DNA of 62,744 bases, filler included, from Rhabdomonas costata (taxonomy: Eukaryota): the NCBI GenBank assembly GCA_019059605.1. It is 34 parts of 34 records of this genome, joined end to end, with 100 filler letters (N's around TTAATTAATTAA, not from the genome) between each part and the next. Parts side by side here need not be neighbours in the genome. Positions count along the whole stretch, not along the records: positions 25,884 to 27,624 come from JAHMHO010009636.1; positions 27,725 to 29,476 come from JAHMHO010009637.1; positions 29,577 to 31,325 come from JAHMHO010009638.1; positions 31,426 to 33,174 come from JAHMHO010009639.1; positions 33,275 to 35,022 come from JAHMHO010009640.1; positions 35,123 to 36,873 come from JAHMHO010009641.1; positions 36,974 to 38,722 come from JAHMHO010009642.1; positions 38,823 to 40,569 come from JAHMHO010009643.1; 26 more parts are not named here. One strand, 5' to 3'. Under the pieces are notes generated by a model that saw only the letters and a list, made by a program, of their open reading frames with translations, ran no database searches and had not been told where the DNA came from. The position numbers and the translations under genes are program-made. Positions 26,261 to 39,146 of this stretch are shown here, piece by piece. Every line of letters begins with the position of its first letter. Position 1 is the stretch's first letter.

Positions 26261-27062
26261 GACGCGAGCTCCGCCGTGGCTGAAGGGGAGGATGGGCTGC
26301 CCCGCGACGAAGAGCTCTTCCAGCAGACGGGGTGGCCCTTCGACGAGGTCCGCGAGGAGGAGGAGCAGCGCGAGGCGGAGCGCAAGGAGAAGCAGGCTGA
26401 GGAGGAACGCGCCGCGGCCGAGGAGGCCGCCCGGCTGGCCGAGGAGGAGGCCGAGAACCAGCCCGACCCTGAGGAGCAGGTTCACTCCACACCACCTCCA
26501 ACCTCAGCGGGACAATGCGGTGAAGGGCGGATTTCCCCTGCATTGTTCTGTTTGTTTTATTCCGCCGAAGCGTGGAAGAAAGATGGATGTGGGGTCGGCT
26601 GCTTGGTCGAAGTGACAGTAAAGATACGGCAGGAAAGATGCTCCCACGTCACGCAGCCGGTACCATTGCTGCTTGAATTAGGAAGGTGCCTTGCTTTACC
26701 AAGAGAAATGGGTTTTAGAGGGATTTAGAGGGCAAGGGAAGTGTTCACGCAACGCGACCGCATGGGGCTGCGAATGCAGTCGCTGGGCTCAACTCAGGGT
26801 GCAACGAGTGCAACGATGGCTTCCTGTGTCAGCTGCAAGCGGCTGCATGAGTGTGTCTCGCCCAGTGCGAATTTCGTCTGTTTTGATGCGCCGCCTTGTC
26901 GCCGAGTATGCGCTGCCTTGTCTCTGCCTTCGTGTATTGCCACAGGAGCAGCTGGAGAAGGAAGCCGCGAAAAAGACTCGGTTGGAGAAGTACAACAGCG
27001 AGCCTCGGTGTGTGATCTGGAGGCACCGGCTCTACTTCTTCACCAATGACGAGAACATGAAG
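26261..27062 (+). CDS. Glu-rich protein with a YHS-like segment, possibly adenylate kinase 9-like (exons 26261-26479, 26946-27062)
   Basis: In-frame phase-0 exons. CVIWRHRLYFFTNDENMK resembles the YHS-like repeats of AK9. Confidence 0.55.
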
Positions 27063-27724
27063 GTCTGCTCGTGAGCTAGAGGAGGAATCCTAGGATCCCC
27101 CATCTGTAGCCCTGTTTTGTCCTTTTGTTCAGGGCGACGTTTGGTTGAACGCGCAAGAAATGGGAGCCTTTAATAATATGGCAGCAGTGAGCATAGTGAA
27201 CAACTCAAACCGGAATCTGGGAGCTGGAATCTGCGTCCTGCTGGGGACGACAACAAGGCTGGAGAGCAGGAGTTGCGGCGCAGCAGCGCAGCAAGCGTAA
27301 ATTAGAACCCTAACTCACGCAGGGAAAGCAGGGCATAGTGTACCCTCCTAAGAAAAAGGCTTTGGGATAACTGCGCCTGGGAGGAATTCAACTGCAGTAT
27401 CTTCTTGTGTAGGGTGCGAGGATGCATTGCGCAGCTGTTTGAAAATTGCCCAACGAAGAAGGCCGTCCAAAAGTTGGTCATTGCCTGTCTCCCGAGCGGT
27501 CGGTGTGGCGATTGGACCTCTGAGCTTGGCCCATACCATAATTAGTTTTAAAGAAGATGAGCCAAATTTCGGCCTGTACTCGACCACCTCGTCCCCCCCA
27601 CCACAACCCCCAAACACACCCACANNNNNNNNNNNNNNNNNNNNNNNNNNNNNNNNNNNNNNNNNNNNTTAATTAATTAANNNNNNNNNNNNNNNNNNNN
27701 NNNNNNNNNNNNNNNNNNNNNNNN

Positions 27725-29476
27725 GTTTTTTGTTTTCTTCCTCTTCAGCCTCTCCGAGTCCTCGATTTCCCGACTGCAGCGATTCCTCACGTACTGGCTT
27801 CGCTCTCCTTTCGTGCTGCGCGGGTTGAGGTCGGGGTGCGTCTTCATCATGGTGCGTCCTCTGTCCAGAGGTCGCGGCTTCTTCCTGGGGGTGTGGTGGC
27901 GGGCACTGCGATCCTGCTCGAGGCGATTCATGCGGGAATGATCTCTCCTCTGCTCGCGCAGGGGTCTCGGGCTGGGTTTGCTGGGCAGCTGCGGTCTGAT
28001 CTTCGTCGACTTCTACGGGCCCTTTTGACTGCGCCCATCGTCCGAAAAGGTTCAGGAACTCACTTCTGGGAAGATCTCGCGGGTGCTTCCAAGGGGCTTC
28101 GCTGCCATTTTGCTGACTTCTCCTCAGCGTGTCTCGTGCTGCTCGGAGTGCCTTGTTGATCCAGGCTCTGAGCTCTGTGACCCTGACTTCTGCGGTCTGC
28201 CATTTCCTGTAAAGGAACTGCTTCCACGTCTTTCTGATTTCTTTATCCGTATAGCCTCTCTCGGCCGCTCGCTGCAAGGTCCAAAAGACTGCTTGCTTGA
28301 AGTCCGACAGTGTTGAGCACAGTTCCTGTGCTGCCACAAAACGCCCCATGAGCACCCCTTTCCACTGTGCGGTGGATACCACTGACTGCTTCGCTGGATA
28401 CCTCCGGATGTGAAACGGGTACTCCCATTCTCGATCGTAGAGGGCTGTTCGCACTTTCCCATCTTGCTCGTATACCTGGATCCCGATATAGGTGACGCTT
28501 GCTCCTTCTCCGGTTGTTGTGTAGCGCATGCCATACTGGTCTTCTGAGGGAATCGGTTCGGGGGCAAATAGGTCGTCGAGAAATCTACAATTTGTCATCG
28601 TCCGGAGGTCCGTTTGCTCCACGAAGTCCCTCTCAGCAACGTAACAGAAGATGTTTGCCAGCTGTGGCGAGGGTGAGATCCCCATTGGGATTCCTTTGAT
28701 TTGCCTCCTGATGGTGCCCCCGTTAACAATGTAGCAACGTCCCAGGACCCAGCGGAGATTTGCACCACTTTCTTTATTGGCCACGAGGTAATCGCATCTT
28801 CGCTTCCCCCGACTATCCATCTCTCGCGCGTCACTTCGAGTTCTTCTCCGTTCACTCCTCTTTCTTCGGCTTCGAAGTCACGCGCCTCTCTGAGGGCCTC
28901 TTCGACTCTCCTCAGCAGCTCCGCATGCGGGATATTGGTGTACATGTCCCGGAAGTCTACTGTCCTGAGTGACTTTCCTGCGAGCTTTTGTAGCTGCGGT
29001 CGGATCCAACCTGCAAAGTCCTGGACACTCTCCACTATCCAGTAGGCCCGCTTGCCCGTCTCGGTGAGTCTGCGCTCGTCTTTTCGCCTTAACGAGGCAA
29101 GCGCCGTTTGCAAGATCTCGGTCAACGCCTCCTGCGGCTCTGCCAACGGCTGTTTCGGCTTCCCTTTGTGCTTCTGCTTGTTCGTGCCGGCTTCTGCTCC
29201 TGACCTGACACCCACAATTGGGCGCCAGCGCTTTTTCTTGGACTTGTAAATGCCATAGAGATATGGCACTCCGTCTCCCAGTGTTACTTCCTCTTTCTCC
29301 GCTTCCTGCCTCATCTCTTCGCGTAGCTCGTCCCAGGTCTTACTCTCCTCTTCGTAGACGTCCTTATCATTCAGCATTGCCACCAGCTGTTGTGCGTACA
29401 TCCGCTTACAACATGCGTGAATAAGATGCGGGCCCCGGTCTTCTGGTAGGAACACTAGGTCTTGCTGTGCCTCCTT
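27725..29476 (-). mobile_element. Penelope-like retroelement reverse transcriptase, partial, with one frameshift near 28760
   Basis: PYLYGIYK..RWRPIVG, DFRDMYTNIPH, QIKGIPMGISPSPQLAN, RFLDD and the thumb motif TALYDRE..YPF.IRRYP. Intronless. Confidence 0.92.
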
Positions 29477-29900
29477 NNNNNNNNNNNNNNNNNNNNNNNN
29501 NNNNNNNNNNNNNNNNNNNNTTAATTAATTAANNNNNNNNNNNNNNNNNNNNNNNNNNNNNNNNNNNNNNNNNNNNGGTGTGGGTGGGAAAGAATGAGGT
29601 TCAAAGTAGTGTTGGAGTGCATTTTCCATTGTCGTCGTTATCGATACGTTTTTGTGTTGTATGTCTTTTTGTGGGCTTTGAATGTGAGCGGATTTCTTAA
29701 CAGAGATATTCTCTTTTTGTTTGCAAAAAATAACGTACTTTGTCCCCAGTCCTATGAGAGCACCCTTTCCTTGTTTACCGCATCTTTTCTGCTGGTGTTG
29801 TGGGAATTTGTGACCCATTGCCGGACAGTCTTCGCCTAAAATCACCCCAATTTCCGGATAGCAGCATTTCCAGATGGTCCTTGACCACCCTTACCTACAG

Positions 29901-30681
29901 CTGGAGCACCTGTACCACCGCTACATCGAGGTCGTGCACGAGCAGATCACTGCGCACCGCGGGCTGGTGGACCACGTCCTTGGGGACCGCGTGATTGCCC
30001 TGTTCAACGTCCCTCGACGGTGCCCTCAAGCGGAGTACCACGCTGTGAAGTGCGGGCTGGAGGTGCTGGCGCAGTGGGGCATCCTCCATTGCCATCCCTC
30101 GGGGGTGTCCTCAGCGGATCCTTGCTCTATCCCTGGGGAGGGTATCCCCACGCGGGGGCTGGCATACTTTGTGCCGGCAACTTCGGCCTCTCCGCCTTCT
30201 GTCGCCGAGAGCGTTCCCATCGAGGATGCCGAATCTCCGGGCCTGCTGGGGCTTCGGGTGGGCATCGCAAGCTCCCCGGTGAGCTTTGGCAACCTGGGCA
30301 GTGATGTGGTGAGGAGGTTTGTGGTGGTGGGGGAGGCGGTGAGCCAGGCTGTTGCAGTACAAAAGGTGGCGTGCAAGGCGCTTGGGGTACCGGTTCTTAT
30401 CACGGAGTCCGTCGCGAAGCAGGTGAGAATACTCCCCACTTCGTGCCTTTGACATCAAGCTTGACACTTGCTCCTTCTTGCAACCACCCCCTACGCGTTG
30501 TGTACACTTTTTTCTTTGTTGTTTCTTCTGTTATTTTTTGTTCTCCTGTTTTAGTTCTCCTCTATTTCAGGTCGACTGTCAGATTCAGTGCCTCCCCGCG
30601 GCGGTGCTGCGTTTCGCTTCGAGTGGGTTGCTTCCCGTCTATCACCCCACGCGGGAGTTCCCCAGCTCAGCGAAAGATCAG
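29901..30681 (+). CDS. Class III adenylate/guanylate cyclase domain, catalytically degenerate (exons 29901-30422, 30571-30681)
   Basis: HRGLVDHVLGDRVIALFNVP, LRVGIASSPVSFGNLGS and FVVVGEAVSQA motifs. Confidence 0.88.
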
Positions 30682-33599
30682 GTAATTTTTCGGTTGGTGC
30701 ATAATGATTGCGGTGATTCACGTGCGGAATGAAACGACGATCGGTGGTACACCTTTTGTGCTGGTAACTGTTAGAACTTCCCTTCCCTGGGAAGTCCTCT
30801 AGAAACTGCTTTTCTTCTGCTCCCTTTACGCCACGGCCATGCCGTGTGGTACCCTCCACCAGCAAATGCAGCCAATCGACCGAATCCCGTGCTTTGGGTC
30901 GACTCCGTGGGTCGCCAATAGCTGACCCATATTTGCGCCTGATGCCTGCAGAAGTGTCAATCCCAGTAATCGTTTCTGACTGCGAAGTTTTGCCGTGCGC
31001 TTCCGTGTATCTGGGTTGTGGTGGGTGGTGGACGTGTGTGGTGTTGTCCCTGGCGATGGGCCGAGATCTTTGATTCTGTTGAACCTCAGCAGAAGAAAAC
31101 AAGAAAAAAATGGCAAGCTTACGATTCATGAAAATACCTCATGTTTCGCTCAAGGGAAAGAGAGAGAAGAGAAACACATACTTAGAGAAAGGAGGAGGAG
31201 GAGGAGGAGGGGAACCACACGTCAGCCGGACGCCACCACGAGCTTCATTTCCCATGCAGGCGGGTGGGGGAGAACTCTCACCTGCTTCGCGACGGACTCC
31301 GTGATCAGAACCGGTACCCCAAACGNNNNNNNNNNNNNNNNNNNNNNNNNNNNNNNNNNNNNNNNNNNNTTAATTAATTAANNNNNNNNNNNNNNNNNNN
31401 NNNNNNNNNNNNNNNNNNNNNNNNNAGGGTGGTTGGAGAACACCTGGTCCAGCGCAGGCATCACCACACCTTCGGTCTCCTTCTTGCGCTTTCTTATCTT
31501 TCTTATCTCGTTTCTTCAACCTCATTTTATTGCCGTCAGACTGGTAAAGGAGGTTTGTAAAAAGAAAAGTGAAAAAGTTGAGAAATACATTTTCCGTGTG
31601 AAAAAAATCTAAAAGCTTCGTTAAAGAGAAGCCAATCATGATTGTCTGCGAATTTCCTTGCCTGCTTCTCCTCTGGTTCCACATTTTTTCCACACTTTGG
31701 AAGCTGCTTTATCCCTCAGGCGCCGTTATCCCCCTTTCCCCTTTTGGGCTGCAATAGTTAATGGAGATGCTTGCGTCGGTGCCCGAAGACGTGGTGATGC
31801 CTGCGCTGGACCAGGTGTTCTCCAACCGCACAGACGACGTGCGCAACATGTCCGGCTACGTCACATGTGCGTGTTTCCCCCTTCACCACGCCCACCAACA
31901 CTATTTGTTTTTCCTTCGGCAGGAAGTCCTGGTTTCTTGGCAAATCTTGTACAGCATTGACGGGGGCAGTGGTGTGTGCATGTGCAGCAGTGTCCAAATA
32001 CTGTCGGTCGCTAGTTGACCCGTGAGATCCTCCGAGCTTAACGCGCAATGAGATGGTGCGGTCTACACATGCTCACGTGGTTTAAGATCTGGTCCCTTAT
32101 TCTGCATCTGCTCAGTCGCTCTGCCTCTGCCTTCGCTTCCTTATAGCAATCATTGCGAAGCACGCCAGGGCAAAGCGCTGAGGGGGACTGCGCCCCCCAC
32201 CCTGCGTTGCCTGCGTGGGTTGTCGCTGGCGGCTGCCTCTCTAGGGATTGCTTGAAATGCGTGCCTGCGAAACACACACTTCAGTTGGGACTGACCTTCT
32301 GCAACATGCCTTTTTTTTTTAGCTCATCTTTCTGTTGTAGTGATTTGCTGCGGACTTTCGCGCGGGAACGATTCAGTGATGCTGTGGTCATTGCGTCGCT
32401 TCTTGGCAATGAAGCGGTTGCGCATCCTCATATTCGAAGTACTCCGATTTGAGTGGAAATAAAATCCATCCTCCGTAGTTGGCGGGTTTGAGGAACACAG
32501 ACTCCACTTCAGAACTACTTCAGTTGCTACGTCAGATGTCCGAGATTGCCATCACGCAGGAGCACATAATAACGCTATGCATTATTTCTAGAAGACACAG
32601 AAGGCAGGTTTATGTCCCGCGTCTGTTTTTTCTTTCGCCCTTCGCAGCTCTCGACTAACACACGGCGTGCACTAGGGGCGAGGAGGAGTATTGGGCAAAG
32701 TGAAAAGTTTCCCCCAAAGAGAAAACATTTCACTTGGGGGAAAATTTTACCTTAGCCGGGTATTGCATTTTATCTTCAACCATTTGTCTTTTTTCGGTAT
32801 GGAGGGCCACCATGTGGAAACCGAAAAAATTATTAGCTATAGGATCGGTTTCGTGGCCCAATGGAAGTTGGGGGAGTGGAGTGGTAACAGTTACCAGTGT
32901 TAAACTGGCTTTTTTTCTTCCTAATTTAACTATGGCAGGCTACACCGTAAATCGAGAGTTTGCAACCTTGCGTCTTCATCAAGAGACAGCATATGCTACC
33001 CAGGCCCAGCGGCATAAAAACACGCCAAAAAGACTTCAGTTCGAAACGGTACGTACTAAGTTCTCGATTTCGGGGTGTAACTAGGCTTATAAACGGTGAG
33101 GTAAAGTATGCCAGCACTTTCGAAATTGCTTTATTTTCGTGTTTGTCCCCTGGATGTTTGACGTCCCAACAAACNNNNNNNNNNNNNNNNNNNNNNNNNN
33201 NNNNNNNNNNNNNNNNNNTTAATTAATTAANNNNNNNNNNNNNNNNNNNNNNNNNNNNNNNNNNNNNNNNNNNNGTGGGGGTGGTTTTGAAATGGAATGT
33301 TGATCTCAGAGCGTGATTTGCCGCCTGTGTATTTGCATTGACTGAAAGTCAGCTTAGAGCTGAACTGTTGCATACTGTTGCAGATGTTGATCGGGAAGTG
33401 GAAGTCAGTGAAATCTCAGGAGATAAGCCAGGTGCCGATATGAAGCGTTCTCAAACTGAGAGCTAGAAAAGGCTGCTCAAATTTCAATAAAACTCTACCT
33501 CCTTCTGGGTTTTGCGCCGGCTTTTTCGCCTCCGCGCGTCTCCCTTGCAATATGGTTACAAAGCACAACCAACAAAAGGAAGAATAAATGAAAGACTAG

Positions 33600-34915
33600 T
33601 GTAGGATGCATTAGATGTCCCGAGAATGCCGACGTAGGGTGACCCCTTGGTGGTGTAGGGGTGTACGTAAGGTAGGCACCAGAGGTACCTAGGGTGCAGC
33701 CAAGGTAGTGGAGCATGCGTACCACCTAATGGTGGGGAGCATGCGACATCTCTTGGTCTTCGTGTTCTGAGTTCGTGTTTCGGATTTCGGGGTTGGGTCT
33801 TTGGGTTTTGGATTTGGGGTTTGAGTCCGGGGTTCAATTTCTGCGTGGGTTTTTGCTCTTCGGGTTCTGGTCTTCCTTTCTTCCTGTAATTGGGGTTCTT
33901 ACATCTCGGGAGTATGCGCAGCATACGACCAACAAAAAATACGCACCTGCTCTTCTTCATCTGGGGGACCACAAGAATCACCAGATGGTATCAAGTGCAT
34001 CTATTGTGGTTTTATGTCCACATCTCCTGTTATCGTGCATTTGGTCATTCTGTATCAGGGTAGGATGGTGCGTTGGTGTCATGGCAGGTGGGTGGTTATG
34101 CTGTCTATCCTACCTGAAGGTCATGCGTATGTGATTGAGGTTTTGGGTTAGTGTCTCCGAGTTCATGGTGTCATGGATCAGGTTTCTTTCCTTTGGGTCT
34201 TTGGGTTTCGGTCTTCGCTTTTGGTCTTCGCCTTAGCTTTTCGGCCTTCTTGTTGTGATGGTTCTTCGGTTCTTCAAGCGCATCCATACTACTGTTTCTC
34301 GGACGGGTTAAAATCGGTACCAGCAATTGCGGCTATACCAGACGTCCTGCCTTATGTTCTACACCAGCGCCTTTCAGTTTACAAACCATGATTGTGCATT
34401 AGTTCTACTCGGCGATCAAGCCTAGCCTGAAAGGTACTGGCAAGCGATCAAATAGCCGGTCCGGAGAATATTGCGATGTCCACGATGTTGGCGTTCCCTG
34501 CTCAATAGTGCGCCAAGGGATGTGATTTCAGAAGCCTTGTGTCATTACACTTCGCTTGTCCATGTAGCCGGTTCGTGTGGGTTCGATGGTGTTAGTGTTT
34601 CCGTAGTTGTGGGTTGGTCGGCGTAGCTGTTTCTGTCTCTGGGATTGGGGTCCAGGGTTTGGTAAGCGTGACTTCGTGAGTGTATCATGGGTTGTGTATC
34701 TGGTAGTGTATCGGTGTTGTTGGACGTGTTCATGGGATGTGCTTTGTTGGTGGAGGGTTCTTGCGTTCTTGCGTTTGTGGTTCATTGGCGTGTGTGTATC
34801 TGCTTGTGCGGAAACGGCTTAGTCAACCATGCCGATCGCACTTTCCCATTTCACCGGTTTCTCTTGTTGTGTGGCCTTTCCAGAGATTCAGGTTTCTTGC
34901 ACTTTGTTAGTGGTT
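33600..34915 (+). repeat. G/T-rich dispersed repeat family, copy 1
   Basis: The blocks CCCCTTGGTGGTG (33643), GTCAACCATGCC (34822) and TTGTGTGGCCTT (about 34868) recur as reverse complements at 36793, 36244 and 36207. Confidence 0.8.
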
Positions 34916-36169
34916 TTCGATGAACGTGGATGGAGGCGGATGGATAGGAGACCTAGGAGGACTGTGAGACCCAGCAAGAGGCACTGCCTGCAGCAGCTAC
35001 GACATAGATCAACGACACCAACNNNNNNNNNNNNNNNNNNNNNNNNNNNNNNNNNNNNNNNNNNNNTTAATTAATTAANNNNNNNNNNNNNNNNNNNNNN
35101 NNNNNNNNNNNNNNNNNNNNNNGGTGTGGCGTCACTGCCACGACCTCCCTACACCAACAACGTCAGTGGCATTGACTCACACACCGTGTACCAGGTGATG
35201 CATTGCCCTTGCTGCCATCGTTGGGTCGGTCGGTGTTCCTCGGCCTCTACAACATCAACATCCACCGTGGTTGTGTGACATCACCAGCTAGGTCAATGCC
35301 ACGACACCCGACGTTGGCACACGTTAGCCCTTGACACACATTGTGATGACATGATGCTGTGGATGGGACGGAAGGGAAGCAAAACCAACGCCAACACCAC
35401 CACCACCACAGGAACACAAACTACGCATAGAGTGGAGTGGAGTACACACACCCGATGTATAGCTTATGCCTACTGTGCTGATGATGAGGATGGGTAGGAG
35501 TGACCCTGACCACCATCACCACAGCCCATGACATCACCACAATGGGAGGAGCGCTAACCCTTACACCTAACGCATAGCACTATAGTAGTAGGTAGCCGAT
35601 ACACTACTGCTACAGGCCCTACGACAGGGTATGGTTAGCCTCCACAACAAGTCCCTAACCCACCAGGTGACAGATGCCACTACAACCATGGTAACCATGC
35701 CCATGGGTTGGTGTACATTGCCATCCTGTGGCTAGGTGGTGTGTCCAATCAATGACTGAGGCCATGAAGCATATCCCTACGCAAAGGGTTACAACATGGC
35801 TCGCCTCATCCCAACCATACATCAGGTGGTAACTTAGGCCCTGAGCTACTACACACACAATATACCCTAGGTTCAACGTGGGGCTACCACATCTACTACT
35901 ATAATACATACGCGTGTGGTTCACCGTATGACCTAAGCGCACCCTACCGTAGTGAGTGGTGGCCTCATCCGTGGTTTACCAGCGTGCGTTTCCAGGCGTA
36001 CCTGATCGACCCGTTCAGTACAGCGCGGTCACATCAACTTTGCATGCGGAACCTCTTCTACGCATGGTACTGGGGCCTGAGCTGCTGTCTGTGATCTATG
36101 CACTCCGATGGATGTATGTGAATTTGGTGACTGCGGGGTACACACCTCTCTTAGGAGGATAAAGACGAA

Positions 36170-36870
36170 GAACCACGACGAAAGATAGAACCACTGAATC
36201 CCTGGGAAGGCCACACAACGCAAGAGACCGGTGAGATGGTAAAGGCATGGTTGACGGAGACAGAGACACGAACCCAACCCACACGAAACACGAAGCACCA
36301 CCCATGAACACGACAAGCACATCACAATACACTACGCACCCCAAGCTACCCTCAACACGACACCCGAACCCAGAGACGCGACCCCGAACCCCGAACCCCG
36401 AACCCGCTACGCCGACAATCCCAATGCTTAACGAACCGCTTGACAACCCACGAACCCACACTCATCAAGAAACCAGCTATATGGATAATCTGCCTACTAA
36501 ATCCGTTCATCACTACGTCACTGGAATAGGCGTTCTACCCCCTAAACCACGGTGATACATTCGGCTGGTTTTGGGGTGTCCAGTTTCCTCTGCTCATGGT
36601 CAGGTTCACCTAATCATACCCTATTTCGCCTTCTCCATGCTCGGAAACCCGAATGCCAAGAACCTGAATGCCGAAACCAAAAAACCAAACGCCGAAGCGA
36701 AAATACCCGGGGTCAGAACCCACACTGAGACCCAGATTCCCAGCTGAGGGTAACCTGGGGTGTCCTGGGCCCCCGATGCACCTGGTACCCTCCACCACCA
36801 AGGGGCTAGAGGTGATATTGACCTCAGGTGACCATCCAACGCACCTACTCCTGGTGGCCCCTGGTGCACA
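36170..36870 (-). repeat. G/T-rich dispersed repeat family, copy 2
   Basis: Colinear reverse-complement similarity to 33600-34915. Contains (CCCGAAC)n units. Confidence 0.8.
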
Positions 36871-37492
36871 AACNNNNNNNNNNNNNNNNNNNNNNNNNNN
36901 NNNNNNNNNNNNNNNNNTTAATTAATTAANNNNNNNNNNNNNNNNNNNNNNNNNNNNNNNNNNNNNNNNNNNNGCAGTACCCCCCCCCCATCGGCCTTAC
37001 CTTGGTGTTTGGTTAACTTGCTTTCCTGTCAACTGCACGCCAAAACAGTGGCAACCGCAGCTGCGACAACTCTCCGCAAACGGGGACTTTTTGGCTATAT
37101 GCATACAGAACTTCCTCCAATTGACGTCATTTTTTTGACCCGACGACCCTTATTAGCAGTCACTGCGTTAACAAGTCGTCATCGTCTCCAGTCCACATCG
37201 GGCGAGTTTCGAATCAAGCATCGTCCTCATGGAAAAATTCCCTCCCAAAAGTTCCCAAGTATCCAAGCTCATTTTAAGAACCTTCCAAGGGCCACTGGCA
37301 GGGGTGGACGACCGTCTTTATGGCTAATTTGTTCAGTAAACAAACCCGACAACGTTGCGCATGAGTTGACTATCATCCGTATTTGTTCCATGCTTTGACA
37401 GATATATGGTTTGCTCTGCCCTGCTCACTTTTGTGTTGAGTCCTTAAAAACCATTCCCTTGCCCATTCCCACTCACTTGTCCGTCGGCCCAG

Positions 37493-38722
37493 GTGTACCC
37501 CTTTGACCCCGGCGTCACGCTGATCGGGCGGATGAACAAAGAAAACCCTCCGAAGATTGAGTTCAACGGCATGGGCATCACCAAGGATCATTGCGAGGTA
37601 TGCACCCCCACTAACTTTCTAGCTTTGTGCTCATATGGAGCATTTGTGCCGTCTATGCCTCTCCGCTCCCAATGTCAGGACCTTAAATGCGCAATAAACA
37701 GGTGAATCTCTGAAACACCTGCACCAGGTGTGACAAGTAACCTGTTACGGCGAATGTGAGTTAATGGATGATTATTCGGGCATTATTTGTGATCGCAGGT
37801 GGAGTTTGACGCTGAGGGAATGAAGGTGTACCTCACCCCGCGTAGCACGGGGCGGTGCCTAGTGAACGGAAAGAAGATCTCCGCGCGGACGGAGCTGCGT
37901 CACCAGAATCGGGTCTGGCTGGGCAATAACTATGCCCTGCGGTTCTGCTTCCCGGGGCAGGAGGCTCAAGGCGAGGGCAGACCCGAGCCTCCCGACTACT
38001 TCTTCGCTGAAGCCGAGGTCGCCGAGAACGCCGGAAAGTCCGCCTCCTCGGGAAAGCGTATCTCCGCCCTCAGTTTCCAACACTCACTCGAATGGGTTAA
38101 ATGGGTTAAATGGGTTAGGACTCCCACCTCCACCTCCGCGCTGTCCTTACATTGGTATTTGAGCCCTTCAGTGTAGACATCCAAGTAGCCTTTTGAAAGA
38201 ACTGGCTTTCCCAACATGGAGCAAATGTGCCTGCGTTGAGTGCCTAAATGATTCTCGAACTTTCGATGGTCCAAGGCGGACAGGCACATGCACGTTTGCA
38301 TGTTTGGTGCTGCTGGCATTGCATGGTAGTTACAGGAACATAGCTATGGGGATGGTGTTCCATAGGTCGCACGGCATTATTTCTAATAAACACCTAACAG
38401 AATTGTCGGGGACCAGTGGCAAACGAAATGATCTGATCGGAAGGTTAATGGCACAAAGGTGGGTGCTGTTCTCCACAATTCCAAGAGAAAGGGGGAAGCA
38501 AAAACGTCCCTCGAATCCACGTCATTTCCAAATAGCCCGCTCCTAGAGTGCGCCCAGGACGTCAGGTCACTTGAAAACTGCTGGGGACTTCTTGGGACAT
38601 TACACACACAGCGTCCCTCGTCCCTCCCCCTATCGCACCTCCTCAGCGGGAAGTGCGCTGCTAACGGACGAGCTGCGGCACAAATTGGCCGAGGCGGAGC
38701 GGAAGATCGACCAAACCAACAA
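37493..38722 (+). CDS. Kinesin-3 family (Unc-104/KIF1/KIF28-like) FHA region (exons 37493-37597, 37799-38057, 38647 to contig end)
   Basis: TLIGR...IEFNGMGITKDHC and CLVNGKKI..RTELRHQNRVWLGNNYALRFCFP, then DYFFAEAEV and a coiled coil. Confidence 0.85.
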
Positions 38723-38848
38723 NNNNNNNNNNNNNNNNNNNNNNNNNNNNNNNNNNNNNNNNNNNNTTAATTAATTAANNNNNNNNNNNNNNNNNNNNNN
38801 NNNNNNNNNNNNNNNNNNNNNNTTTGGTTCCGAAATAAAAAGATGAAT

Positions 38849-38970
38849 AGTGGGCACTAATTAGGTATGAATAGTGTGAACTATTTATGAATGAATAACC
38901 CAACAGTGGGCACTACATAAAATGTACTTTTGTGTAGTGGGCACTATCCATGTTTGTACAGTGGGCATTA
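38849..38970. repeat. Four copies of AGTGGGCA(C/T)TA plus one degenerate copy, 3' of the Merlin ORF
   Basis: Copies at 38849, 38905, 38936 and 38960 in an AT-rich context. Confidence 0.85.
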
Positions 38971-39146
38971 TTTAGGTGCCGGAATTATGTGCAGTGCTAT
39001 TTATCGTCGGAAAAGTTACCTTACGCGCGTCAGTGCAACAGAAGGAGCATGAACCCTACGGTTTCCAGGTAAGCTGGGAAAGTGCAGAAATGTTTCCAGC
39101 TTGATGAAAAGCGAAGGAATACTTGTCCTGAATAGCGACCGCATCG

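Noticed and set aside
31431-31827. Inverted ~37-bp copy of an exon-like segment
   Set aside because: It lies at the contig start with junction microhomology (CCGAAG), consistent with a chimera.
38091-38119. (AATGGGTTA)-like triple repeat resembling telomeric DNA
   Set aside because: It is a short intronic minisatellite with no further support.
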